From Parcubacteria group bacterium (lineage in GTDB: Bacteria > Patescibacteriota > Minisyncoccia > UBA6257 > UBA11618), in contig CALRGO010000001.1 in NCBI GenBank assembly GCA_943357895.1, positions 36,724-100,723 on the forward strand: a DNA stretch of 64,000 nt, given 5' to 3'. A program made the translations under genes and the position numbers. The notes below the pieces were generated by a model. The model made no database searches and was not told the DNA's origin. It worked only from the letters and a program-made list of their open reading frames with translations. This document shows, one piece after another, positions 37,701 to 45,854 of this stretch (positions within the stretch are counted from its first letter, which is position 1; each line of letters starts with the position of its first letter).

Positions 37701-37930
37701 AACCACCCCCACTCCTCGTACCTATGACACCAAAGACGACGCCGATTGCGCCGCCTGACCTCAACAAGCTCGCAAGGATTGAAGAAAATCCAATACAAGA
37801 GGGAAGTAAGACTGCATCCGTTACGGCAACGCCCCCACCCACCCCGATTCTACCCGAACCGATACGTACCACCTTGCAGAAAGAAAAGGATGAGAAGGAT
37901 AATCAAGAAAGGGGAAATAACACCATATGA
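34772..37930 (+). CDS. large polytopic membrane protein, VirB6/TrbL-like, with long K/E- and Pro-rich C-terminal extension
   Basis: 1052 aa: signal peptide, ~6-8 TM helices in residues ~70-330, then a coiled/charged region and PPSAGPQKPPQNPPAPP... tail. Confidence 0.5.
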   Translation: MHKLIRTIAIIVTLTTLFGAVIFTHAQMAMPNIPGQDMPIKVQETAKNNPGAQTVSPSFNPIPTVADIVSGIGGSFLGWISLKAIGYVSFTLSYIAGLIGSTAFTLAGILVELGLYFNTTILNSPIVQLGWRFCRDLANLGFTIGIVVIAYATMLGIESYGMKKILINFAFAAIIVNFSFSIAGFAIDISNMLTHFFVNASIGGGGVSGSGANIHKFAETLASAFSPQKLLITDSLNLKAYESLADDGMIAAVISIFFVALFTALAALGMLMVGLTTISRFIRLSGLVIVMPIAILCAAFPNTRKWWGKWYDDFFSQLTYLPIATFSMYLVIMFVQIKADVGFETKGIDMKNLINSFEQAKTAGSGITATKTLELMAAPLQTITDMVLVLAMLFIGITKSAKLSGAGGDIALKWTTGLKDWAVGAPKGAAGWAGRKYLSGGGDGTKEGNRGTRLASFLQRIPLISRFAPQVNKFAAGTSKNLGNLETEYKGMGDVQLRNALYNPDIKLNPERMAAAAKEAVARGLLNNTDQEKNISQEKLNEFIPALKRYGFDTEILKKAPHLYGKFGLNIEKNNEGEYINKEDGKKLDDAIKAFKPEDGEDLPVEALEDIEVVRRLSGDQLAKLPKNKEHRAAFSDTIIRLREKIGSTEFDKYMKKAFAKKEAAAALTPQLLGNKDVVRNLTNDHLKYLSDTGKEKQRDAFLATINEKDTTTGEYKLSEKEFTEFMGSNFAKAKDINEINPDIIRNDRIFGKLQGMHISQLQKEPETAQHIAVLEKLRDEYRNAFADPKTLTRLDSLAKVIVDNKDNSTWSAIDTAEGKAPFNEIEMDYRRRHPDEEKQQKKEKIKVEIKEEKQKEKGWWEDDNKGGNPPSAGPQKPPQNPPAPPSSPTGGSASVAPTYTLAPQKPTQPVTPPPQPAPATTPQPKPTPNKPQRTEPKETEPTNSKGPDIGRMIDAVLESESRTNNPEYVLQEEFPEPPPLLVPMTPKTTPIAPPDLNKLARIEENPIQEGSKTASVTATPPPTPILPEPIRTTLQKEKDEKDNQERGNNTI

Positions 37931-38649
37931 CACTCGAACAAATTGCCCGCCTCTACGTAATCTTTAAGACGCTCCAACCGGAAATTAAAGAATGGATCGC
38001 GTCCGACGACACGAGCGCCATCGTGAAGTCTATTGCCGCGCGGTTTATCTTGTCTGACGAACAGGAGCGCAAGCTCCCACTACTCGTCCTCCGTCTTGTC
38101 ACGCAAGATTTACCACCAGAAAGCTTTAAAGCAGAGCTTGCGAAAGAAACGGGTGTGGACGCAGATCTCGCTAAAAGCATTACTGAGGCGATAGCAAAAG
38201 AGGTGATAGAGCCCATCGGAGCGGCCCTCCGCTATGGCGGGATAAACACGAACCTCTTAGGGTTCAACGCTCCGGCTCCCACTTCCCCACTTCGCCCTGC
38301 GGGCTTCGAGGGGCAGGCGCCTACGCATTCCGAACCAGCGCCACAAGCGCAAACTACAACTGAAGCGCCTACGGAAACCGTCACCACGCCAGCACCGACA
38401 CCTCTACAACCGTTCATCCTCCACGAAGAGCCGCGCGCAGCAGCCGCACAAAGCGGTACGAGGTCCTTCAGTTACTCCCCACAGGCGGATACGGGCGTGG
38501 AAAGCACCGCTTCTCCGCGCGTCGTAATCGAGCGCGTCGTGCATTACAGCCAACTCCGCACCCCGCTTAATATTGCGAGCACAAATAAAAATATACCAAG
38601 CGGAGATCAGCCAAAACCCAAGCTGCCACAATCTAAGTGGTTCGTATAA
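37927..38649 (+). CDS. hypothetical protein (240 aa) with in-frame GC-rich repeat
   Basis: Overlaps upstream gene by 4 nt. Repeat at 38285-38321 encodes PTSPLRPAGFEGQAP. Confidence 0.5.
   Translation: MTLEQIARLYVIFKTLQPEIKEWIASDDTSAIVKSIAARFILSDEQERKLPLLVLRLVTQDLPPESFKAELAKETGVDADLAKSITEAIAKEVIEPIGAALRYGGINTNLLGFNAPAPTSPLRPAGFEGQAPTHSEPAPQAQTTTEAPTETVTTPAPTPLQPFILHEEPRAAAAQSGTRSFSYSPQADTGVESTASPRVVIERVVHYSQLRTPLNIASTNKNIPSGDQPKPKLPQSKWFV
38285..38321. repeat. GC-rich repeat element, copy 3
   Basis: ccccacttcgccctgcgggcttcgaggggcaggcgcc. Confidence 0.7.
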
Positions 38650-39131
38650 AACCCATGCAATTCCAAGTACCACAATACATCGATGTCGAGGATAAGATTG
38701 TAGGACCCTTAACCCTTAAGCAGTTTTTCTATATCGCGACGGGATTTCTTACGATATTCGTTTCATTCTTTATTCTTACGACATGGCTCTGGCTTATAAC
38801 GTCCGTAGTTGTCGGCTCCACATCACTCGCCTTTGCGCTTATAAAATATAATGGCAGACCGCTCATGACCGTGACCATCGCCGCCCTGCACTACTATATG
38901 GGCGGGCGCACCTATACGTGGCAAAAAATAGATATAACGAAGAGACAGGCTCCGGCAGGATTACTCGCAAAACTCGGACTCACTATGACAGCAGGCACGC
39001 GGCCAGTTGCGGGGCGTGAAACATCCGTAAACGGATTCTTTAGCCGCAGCCTGCCGGCACAAGATAGGGCGGAAATAATCCGCCGCACAGATGGCGACAG
39101 AAGCGTCGCCAAACGAATAGACTATAGGTAA
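38637..39131 (+). CDS. PrgI/VirB3-like small two-TM T4SS protein
   Basis: 164 aa with a GPLTLKQFFYIATGF motif followed by two TM helices, positioned directly upstream of the VirB4-like ATPase as VirB3/PrgI homologs typically are. Confidence 0.5.
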   Translation: MVRIKPMQFQVPQYIDVEDKIVGPLTLKQFFYIATGFLTIFVSFFILTTWLWLITSVVVGSTSLAFALIKYNGRPLMTVTIAALHYYMGGRTYTWQKIDITKRQAPAGLLAKLGLTMTAGTRPVAGRETSVNGFFSRSLPAQDRAEIIRRTDGDRSVAKRIDYR

Positions 39132-39140
39132 AATCTAAAT

Positions 39141-39842
39141 ATGGCTCAAGAACCTCTCGCAACCCAAAACCTCCTCGAAGTCGAACGCATCGAGCGCAAC
39201 TGCATCGTGCTGAAAGACGGCGGCCTGCGCTCGGTGATTCTCGTATCGGGCATGAACTTCGAACTGCGCTCGGAAGACGAGCAAAATGCAGCACTAGGGA
39301 GCTACCAAAATTTCCTAAACGGACTCGATTTTTCCGTACAGATTTTTATACATTCACGAAAAATTAACATCGACGGATACATACAGGAACTTTCGGGTAT
39401 CGAGCGGCAGGAGGTGAATGATTTATTAAAAGGGCTTATCGGGGGGTACAAAGACTTCGTGGCTTCCCTTGTTGCCGACAACCCGATTATGGAAAAAACA
39501 TTTTTCGTAATCGTGCCGTACGACTCCGTACTACCCGCAAACCAACGCGCGATATTCGACGCTATTGCCGGATTCTTCAAGCGGAAAAAAGTAGATGACC
39601 CCACTTCGCCCTCTGGGCTTCGAGGGGCGGGCCCCACCCCCGACTCGCAAAATGAAAGCGCACGCACCGGCGTAGGGGACAGTGCTTTTGCCGCACTCGC
39701 CCAGCGCACCGAGCAGGTAGTAAGTGGCCTTTCGCAAATCGGCCTGCGCGCCGTACCACTCGAAGAAGACGAGCTCGCGGAACTCTTATACAACCTCTAT
39801 AACCCCGAAACAGTGGAACGCCACGTCATCCCACAAGAATAA
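39141..39842 (+). CDS. hypothetical T4SS-associated protein (233 aa), weakly reminiscent of a VirB4 N-terminal region
   Basis: IVLKDGGLRSVILVSGMNFEL...FSVQIFIHSRKINIDGY block. Carries the in-frame GC-rich repeat at 39597-39635 (DDPTSPSGLRGAGPTP). Confidence 0.45.
   Translation: MAQEPLATQNLLEVERIERNCIVLKDGGLRSVILVSGMNFELRSEDEQNAALGSYQNFLNGLDFSVQIFIHSRKINIDGYIQELSGIERQEVNDLLKGLIGGYKDFVASLVADNPIMEKTFFVIVPYDSVLPANQRAIFDAIAGFFKRKKVDDPTSPSGLRGAGPTPDSQNESARTGVGDSAFAALAQRTEQVVSGLSQIGLRAVPLEEDELAELLYNLYNPETVERHVIPQE
39597..39635. repeat. GC-rich repeat element, copy 4
   Basis: gaccccacttcgccctctgggcttcgaggggcgggcccc. Confidence 0.7.
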
Positions 39843-39846
39843 ACCC

Positions 39847-41541
39847 ATGAAAAAAGATCTCGCAGATATCATTGCCCCGCCGGAAATAACTATTGCCCCA
39901 ACCCATATGAAAGTGGGGAAGAAGTTTGCGCGCACGGTTTTCGTTTCTAACTACCCCCGTTACCTTTCTACCGGCTGGATGAGCCCCATTATTAACGCGC
40001 CCGAGCTTATGGACATAAGCATCTTCATGCATCCGGCCGATACCGCAGACACCCTAAAGAAGCTCAAGCGGAAAACGGCGCAAATAGAAGCCCAGCTCAT
40101 GGACCAAGAAGAAAAGGGGTTGGTACGCAACCCACAACTTGAAACCGCATACCAAGATGTGGAAGGTCTGCGCGACTCACTCCAACAAGCGCGCGAACAC
40201 CTCTTTATGGTGGCGCTCTATATCACATTCTATGCCGACACATTAAAAGATCTCGACGTACTCGAAGGTCGCGTCGTGAACATGCTCGAAACAAGATTAG
40301 TGTACGCAAAACAAGCAACATTCGAGCAAATGGAAGGCTGGAATTCCACGCTCCCTATAGCCGCAGACCGGCTCGCAGTACACACACCCATGAATTCCGG
40401 CCCCGCGTCGTCCTTATTCCCATTTGTCGCAACTGACCTTACGGGAGACACAGGCATTTTGTACGGCGTTAACCGCACGGACAACACGCTCGTAATCTTC
40501 GACCGGTTTAGCCTTGAAAACGCGAACATGGTCATCTTCTCCAAGTCTGGTGGTGGTAAGTCATACGCAGCTAAACTCGAAGCAATTCGCCTTATGATGA
40601 CCGGTGTCGACGTGATAATCATCGACCCTGAACACGAATACAAAGCGCTTGCGGAGGCCGTGGGTGGTAGCTTTATAAACGTTTCGCTTGCTTCCACTGA
40701 ACATATTAATCCTTTTGATATACCATCCGTCCCCGAAGACGAAAGTGATGATGATGCATTAAAGTCCCACGTGGTAACCGTTGCCGGCCTCATAAAGATG
40801 ATGGTGGGCGCAATCACTCCCGAAGAAGAGGCAGTACTCGACCGCGCGATTACCGAAACCTACGCGATGAAAGATATTATCGCAGGAAAAGACTTCTCTA
40901 AAAAAACCGCCCCTGTTCTTTCCGACTTAAAGACCGTCTTAGAAAGCCTCGAAGGGGGTAAATCAGTTGCCGAGCGTCTCTATCGGTTTACGGACGGCAG
41001 CTATTCGGGGTTTACGAACTTCCCTACCAATGTCGACCTCGGCAACCGCCTCATTGTCTTCTCTCTTCGCGACCTCGAAGAGGGTCTACGCCCCATCGCT
41101 ATGTATCTCGTGCTTAATTTCATCTGGAACGTCGTCCGTGGAAAAATAAAAAAACGCGTTATGATTGTGGACGAAGCGTGGTGGCTTATGCGCTACCCCG
41201 AAGGCGCACTATTCCTTTTTGGGCTCGTAAAGCGCGCGCGTAAATATTATTTAGGTGTCACAACCATTACGCAGGACGTCGAGGACTTTCTTTTATCACC
41301 TTACGGTCGCCCTATTATCACCAACTCATCACTCCAGCTACTGCTTAAGCAGTCGCCTGCAATGATGGACGTACTCCAAAAAACGTTCAACCTATCAGAG
41401 GGGGAGAAGAGCCTCCTTCTTGAAACGCCCGTCGGCCAAGGACTCTTTTTCGCGGGGACGAAGCACGCCGTCATCCAAGTACTCGCCTCATCACCCGAAG
41501 ATAAGGTGATTACCACCACCCCGCATGAACGAGGAAAATAA
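39847..41541 (+). CDS. VirB4/TrbE/CagE-family type IV secretion ATPase (Gram-positive PrgJ/TraE-like)
   Basis: N-terminal YPRYLSTGW...MDISIFMHPADT region, Walker A FSKSGGGKS, Walker B VMIVDEAW. The ATG lies 5 nt after the upstream stop; the ORF-track start 39724 is a read-through extension. Confidence 0.8.
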   Translation: MKKDLADIIAPPEITIAPTHMKVGKKFARTVFVSNYPRYLSTGWMSPIINAPELMDISIFMHPADTADTLKKLKRKTAQIEAQLMDQEEKGLVRNPQLETAYQDVEGLRDSLQQAREHLFMVALYITFYADTLKDLDVLEGRVVNMLETRLVYAKQATFEQMEGWNSTLPIAADRLAVHTPMNSGPASSLFPFVATDLTGDTGILYGVNRTDNTLVIFDRFSLENANMVIFSKSGGGKSYAAKLEAIRLMMTGVDVIIIDPEHEYKALAEAVGGSFINVSLASTEHINPFDIPSVPEDESDDDALKSHVVTVAGLIKMMVGAITPEEEAVLDRAITETYAMKDIIAGKDFSKKTAPVLSDLKTVLESLEGGKSVAERLYRFTDGSYSGFTNFPTNVDLGNRLIVFSLRDLEEGLRPIAMYLVLNFIWNVVRGKIKKRVMIVDEAWWLMRYPEGALFLFGLVKRARKYYLGVTTITQDVEDFLLSPYGRPIITNSSLQLLLKQSPAMMDVLQKTFNLSEGEKSLLLETPVGQGLFFAGTKHAVIQVLASSPEDKVITTTPHERGK

Positions 41542-41947
41542 GCCGGAGCCTAAAATAGGCGGCATCGAAGCTTTAGTCATGGTCGGGCTCGCAGCTCTCT
41601 TTGATATTGCAGATCTTCTTGCCACATTTCTCGACGCTTTTTTCGGTATGGGGGAGCTTATTAAGTTTTTTATCAACATTGTCGCTTCCGTAACGCTCTG
41701 GCTGTGGGTTATTATGAAGGATGTGGGGCCGACGCGGATACTTGCAGGGTCGATTTTGGAATTAGTGCCGATTATAAACGTCCTGCCGATGCGCACTGTA
41801 GCGATGGCTGCGACTATATGGCTCGACTGGCACCCGAAAGAAGCAGAGATCGCGGAAGATTTTATGCCGAAAATTAAAAACCCTAAGCGCATGCTCGGAA
41901 AAAAAGCTCTTGCCGCAAAGGCAGCTAAAACAACGCAAGCCCTATGA
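41525..41947 (+). CDS. hypothetical membrane protein (140 aa)
   Basis: 3-4 TM helices; overlaps the VirB4-like gene by 17 nt. Confidence 0.45.
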   Translation: MNEENKPEPKIGGIEALVMVGLAALFDIADLLATFLDAFFGMGELIKFFINIVASVTLWLWVIMKDVGPTRILAGSILELVPIINVLPMRTVAMAATIWLDWHPKEAEIAEDFMPKIKNPKRMLGKKALAAKAAKTTQAL

Positions 41948-42501
41948 AGAATTCGATTCTAATCCTCTTATTATTTTTACCGGTTATTTCGTATGCCGCG
42001 CCGGAAGCTATTCTTACATGGAAGGCAGCTTCGTACGTTCCAGAAAATTACAAGGGTAAGATATTACCTGTTGCGGGTACGCCAATCGATGTATCGGTGA
42101 TTCTTATTGATGGGGGTAAAGTAATAAGCCTCGCCCCCTATGATATCAATTGGTACGCTGGCGAAGACCGCATAGCGGGGGGTAAGGGCATAATAAAGGT
42201 ACGCACCGTAGCACCCATCACCGGACAAGACTCTCTTGAGTTGCGGGTAAACGTGAGCAAATACAAAGATCAACCGCTCGACGAATTTATAACTATACCC
42301 GTAGTGCGTCCCGAGATTTTAATACTAAAAAAGCCTAACGCACAAAAACAAGATTTTTCCATTATTCCCTATTTTTGGAACATTATGAAGCCGAGCGAGC
42401 TCACGATAGCATGGGAGGACGGGGGAGATACTATTACCGCCCGCGCAATAAATAAAAAGAACGAAATGGAATTTGCCCAACTAACTACTCCAAAACAATG
42501 A
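41944..42501 (+). CDS. secreted hypothetical protein (185 aa)
   Basis: Signal peptide MKNSILILLLFLPVISYAA; 4-nt overlaps with both neighbours. Confidence 0.5.
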   Translation: MKNSILILLLFLPVISYAAPEAILTWKAASYVPENYKGKILPVAGTPIDVSVILIDGGKVISLAPYDINWYAGEDRIAGGKGIIKVRTVAPITGQDSLELRVNVSKYKDQPLDEFITIPVVRPEILILKKPNAQKQDFSIIPYFWNIMKPSELTIAWEDGGDTITARAINKKNEMEFAQLTTPKQ

Positions 42502-43328
42502 AACGAATCCTCGTACTATCATTACTATGCTATAGCCTCCTTATTGGGGGGGTGGTACAGGCTCAATCACAATATGACTTTGATTTCGTAGGCCCTAAAC
42601 AGGATCCTCTTGCACGGTACGGCGCAGTGGCAGGCGGCGACCGATGCGGACCGCAATTCAACGGCGACTATATTCTCTGTCAATCAACAGGCGGGATCAT
42701 AAGCCAAACGCAAACGAACTTCGCCGCATTCTTGCGCGAGATGTACAACCTCGCCTTTATTCTTGCTGGTACTGTCGCCTTTATACGTATCGTCTACGGC
42801 GGAATACTCTATAGCTGGAGCGGTGTAGTAGACCGCAAAAAAGAAGCAATTAACATATTCAAAAACGTCGCTTACGGTATAGCACTCCTTATGGGGTCGT
42901 ACGTCGTCTTAAATACCATCAACCCCGCACTCACTATTCTCGCGTTGCCAAACGTCACTATGGGGACGCCGCGAAGTTCGCGCAACGACGTGCCAACTCT
43001 ACCGCTTTCATCGTTAAACGAAATGCCCTCCGAGCTCGATCTTCTTGATACATCCATAGAATCTATACGGCAGGAAAACGTAAACCGAATTAACGCGCTC
43101 GATATATATAACAGTGGTACGAGAGAACAGCAGGCGACCATCGATCTTATCAATAATGAGATAAATCAAATCGGCGTTCCTGACACACCAGAACAAGACA
43201 GGCGTCTTGCTGAATTACAGGGAATGCTTATCCAAATAAATCAAAGCGAAGCGCAGATAGAAGCCGACGTTAAATCTGTTACAGATACGCCACCCAAGCA
43301 ATTCCAACGCACTAAGACCGCGCCATGA
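42498..43328 (+). CDS. signal-peptide protein with two hydrophobic helices (possible VirB2/TrbC pilin-like) and coiled C-terminus
   Basis: Signal MKRILVLSLLCYSLLIGGVVQA, and hydrophobic pair FILAGTVAFIRIVYGGILY / VAYGIALLMGSYVVL. Pilin assignment is speculative. Confidence 0.4.
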   Translation: MKRILVLSLLCYSLLIGGVVQAQSQYDFDFVGPKQDPLARYGAVAGGDRCGPQFNGDYILCQSTGGIISQTQTNFAAFLREMYNLAFILAGTVAFIRIVYGGILYSWSGVVDRKKEAINIFKNVAYGIALLMGSYVVLNTINPALTILALPNVTMGTPRSSRNDVPTLPLSSLNEMPSELDLLDTSIESIRQENVNRINALDIYNSGTREQQATIDLINNEINQIGVPDTPEQDRRLAELQGMLIQINQSEAQIEADVKSVTDTPPKQFQRTKTAP

Positions 43329-44188
43329 ACAAGGTACTCTTTATAGCAGTCACCATAGTACTCGTGGCGCTTTTCGGCACTGTTATTTATTACGGTATGC
43401 AGGCACTTGAACCACATACATATATCCCACCGGAAGAAGAAATTAATGAAATAACGAAAAGTGCGCCCGAAGCAACCGTTATATTACCGGTACTCCCCGG
43501 ACTCCCTACAAAAAAAATCCCTAGTGATGACGCTGTAACATTAAATTCATTTGAGCCCGTGAAAGTTCTATCTACAGAAGAACAGGTTACCTACCTTGCG
43601 ACGTCAACCATCCGCGAAGTGAACGCCCAAAAACTCTTTTTCGCCCCGTACGACAGCAATGCATTCCCGTACAGCAAGAATGATATTTTTATCATCGAAA
43701 AGCCGTCGAGTCTCGTACGCACGTCTTTATGGACGATAAACACTGCAACTAAAACAATGGTGCGTGTAGCCGGCCCGAGCTTCGGATTAATGGCGCGCTG
43801 GTCAAAGAACGGCCGGTATGTTTTTACCATGAGCACGGATACGGCAGGCGCATTATCGCTTTCGTTTATCGACATGAAACTAAAAACAACCACACCACTC
43901 CGCATAGCCACACTCCCATCTAAATGTTTCATCATGGACGCTAGCCCTATAATGTACTGCGGCGTTCCACAGGGCGCGCCCGAGGGAGCAGTATTACCAG
44001 ACGACTATTTGAAAGGAAAATTCATATCAAGGGATCGCATTGTAAAAATAGATTTTAAAACTCCCAAGGTGACGGAGCTGTGGAATGGCGAATCAGAATC
44101 CCTCGACATCCAAAACCCCGCCGTCATCGGCACAGAATTATTCTTCGTGAACAAAACCGACGACTCCGTCTGGAAGTTGGCGCTGTAA
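43325..44188 (+). CDS. N-terminally anchored beta-rich hypothetical protein (287 aa), last gene of operon
   Basis: TM MNKVLFIAVTIVLVALFGTVIYY followed by a beta-strand-rich domain. Confidence 0.45.
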   Translation: MNKVLFIAVTIVLVALFGTVIYYGMQALEPHTYIPPEEEINEITKSAPEATVILPVLPGLPTKKIPSDDAVTLNSFEPVKVLSTEEQVTYLATSTIREVNAQKLFFAPYDSNAFPYSKNDIFIIEKPSSLVRTSLWTINTATKTMVRVAGPSFGLMARWSKNGRYVFTMSTDTAGALSLSFIDMKLKTTTPLRIATLPSKCFIMDASPIMYCGVPQGAPEGAVLPDDYLKGKFISRDRIVKIDFKTPKVTELWNGESESLDIQNPAVIGTELFFVNKTDDSVWKLAL

Positions 44189-44191
44189 CGA

Positions 44192-44221
44192 AGTGGGTAA
44201 TGATTAGTGGATAGTGAGTAG
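44192..44221. repeat. heptamer tandem array (AGTGGNT form)
   Basis: agtgggtaatgattagtggatagtgagtag. Confidence 0.6.
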
Positions 44222-44279
44222 AAATGACGACGTTAAAAATATCCTTATTTTAGGTGCGACCGCTCCAAAAATAAGGATA

Positions 44280-44437
44280 TTCGGTTATATCTAGTAAGCC
44301 GGCGTGGACGTGTTTTGAGGAACATCTCGGAGCCCTAATGGCTTAGTCAGACGCCCGCAGGCGGATGCATTGGGGTGAGAGCGAGCATGTTTCCGAAAAG
44401 CGCGTGCGTGCCGGCTTATTAAGCACTGCATGAGTAA
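44280..44437. ncRNA. candidate structured RNA (~160 nt) between the T4SS-like operon and jag, ending in a bidirectional terminator at 44438-44468
   Basis: Closing helix AAGCCGGC...GCCGGCTT, a CCGGCUUAUU tract, no ORF. Flanked by inverted heptamer arrays. Identity not assignable from sequence alone. Confidence 0.25.
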
Positions 44438-44468
44438 AATAAAAAACGACGCACGTCGTTTTTTTATC
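44438..44468. terminator. bidirectional terminator (AAAAAACGACG-cac-GTCGTTTTTTT)
   Basis: Seen directly. Confidence 0.6.
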
Positions 44469-44491
44469 TACCCACTAATCACTATCCACTC
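44468..44491. repeat. heptamer tandem array (CACTANC form)
   Basis: ctacccactaatcactatccactc. Confidence 0.55.
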
Positions 44492-44493
44492 TG

Positions 44494-44928
44494 CTAGAGA
44501 AGTGGTTTCACGATTACGCGCCTATCGCGCTTATCGCCGAAGCTTTCGGTCTTTACGTCTGGCCTTGTTGCGAGCTCGGTGTGCACTAAGCGGCGCTCGT
44601 AGGCGTTCATCGGGGGGAGCTGCACATCCGTCTTCGTTATTAAAACTTTACGCGCTGCGGCTTTGGCAATCTCCACAATCAGGCGCTCGCGCTCCTTGCG
44701 GTAATTATTAACATCCACATATACCATGCCGTGCACGCCCACCTTACGGCCGATAGTGCGCGCAAGAAAACCGAGGTCGGCAACAAGGCGGGGAATCCAC
44801 TCCTTAATCCACTCACCCTCTTCAATTAGTATTGAAAACCGCGCACCTTCCGTATCAAGCTCAACAACCGGACTTACAAATCCGGCTATGCCTAACAGCT
44901 CTTGAAGCGCTTTTTTAATGTGTTCCAT
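44494..44928 (-). CDS. jag: Jag/KhpB-like RNA-binding protein (KH + R3H)
   Basis: 144 aa, R3H-like C-terminus, adjacent to yidC. Confidence 0.75.
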   Translation of the reverse strand: MEHIKKALQELLGIAGFVSPVVELDTEGARFSILIEEGEWIKEWIPRLVADLGFLARTIGRKVGVHGMVYVDVNNYRKERERLIVEIAKAAARKVLITKTDVQLPPMNAYERRLVHTELATRPDVKTESFGDKRDRRVIVKPLL

Positions 44929-45571
44929 GGGAGAATTTACGCTCTACGTGCAACTGCTGGAGTATCGAAAAAAGCGTGGTAGTGACCCAGTACAAACCAA
45001 CTGCGGCAGGGAGCGACCACAAAACCGCAATAGTAATCACGGGGCCGATCATTACCATATTCCGTGCAGTTTGCGCCGCAGGACTCTTATCCGCGGCGTG
45101 CCCCGTCATACTCATTACACCTAAAAGGTACTGTAAGAGCGCTGCCACAAAAACCAAAAGAATACTCCGCTCGTTAAGCATTAAGAGCCCTAAAAAAGAC
45201 CGCCCAAGATCCGGCGGCGGCGTAATAAAAACTTGGTATAAGGCAATAAGTATGGGTAACTGTACGAAAATTAAACCCAAACTCATTAGAGGGTTTACGC
45301 CGTGCTCCTTATAGAGCGCCATCAAGGCCTTACCCTGCTCTGCGCGATCATCCTTATGCTTTGCCTGTATGGCGTGAATATGCGGTTGGATTTTTTTCAG
45401 TACGTGCTGTTGTTTAAGGCTCTTATAAAACAAAGGATAGAGCACTAAGCGCACAATAACAGTCAAAAGGATAATCGCGACCCCAAGGTCGTTAAACGTA
45501 ACATTCTCATATAAAAATATAAGAAGCTTAAGAAGCGGATCGAGTAATAGAAGATGGAATAAGTTCTTCAT
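44915..45571 (-). CDS. yidC: membrane protein insertase YidC (short Gram-positive-type)
   Basis: Five TM helices and conserved GVAIILLTVIVRLVLYPL. Confidence 0.85.
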   Translation of the reverse strand: MKNLFHLLLLDPLLKLLIFLYENVTFNDLGVAIILLTVIVRLVLYPLFYKSLKQQHVLKKIQPHIHAIQAKHKDDRAEQGKALMALYKEHGVNPLMSLGLIFVQLPILIALYQVFITPPPDLGRSFLGLLMLNERSILLVFVAALLQYLLGVMSMTGHAADKSPAAQTARNMVMIGPVITIAVLWSLPAAVGLYWVTTTLFSILQQLHVERKFSHGTH

Positions 45572-45854
45572 GCCATTGATGCGCTGTGTAAGCCGCAGCA
45601 GCCGGATGGGTTATTATGAGGTAATCGGCTACCGGCCACTCAGACTTTCTTGCCCGTATCGCGTTAAACGCCCTACGGCGTATTACGTTTCTTAGAACGG
45701 CGGTTTTACCAACCCGCCGACCCACCACCACCCCAAACCTACTATAGGTAAGAGGACTCATAAAAATTTTTACGGTAAACGCGGGTTTACGTACGGTACG
45801 TCCCGTGCGCGTAAGCGCCTCCTGCACTAGCAGGCGGTCTTTTTTAGCGAGCAT
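45528..45854 (-). CDS. rnpA: ribonuclease P protein component
   Basis: RNR-type motif (VGRRVGKTAVLRNVIRRR); rpmH-rnpA-yidC order. Confidence 0.85.
   Translation of the reverse strand: MLAKKDRLLVQEALTRTGRTVRKPAFTVKIFMSPLTYSRFGVVVGRRVGKTAVLRNVIRRRAFNAIRARKSEWPVADYLIITHPAAAAYTAHQWHEELIPSSITRSAS

Noticed and set aside
39724-39846. Upstream extension of the VirB4-like ORF overlapping the preceding gene by 119 nt
   Set aside because: A canonical ATG lies 5 nt after the upstream stop (39847), and the family-conserved N-terminus begins there. The extension is read-through of a non-coding frame.
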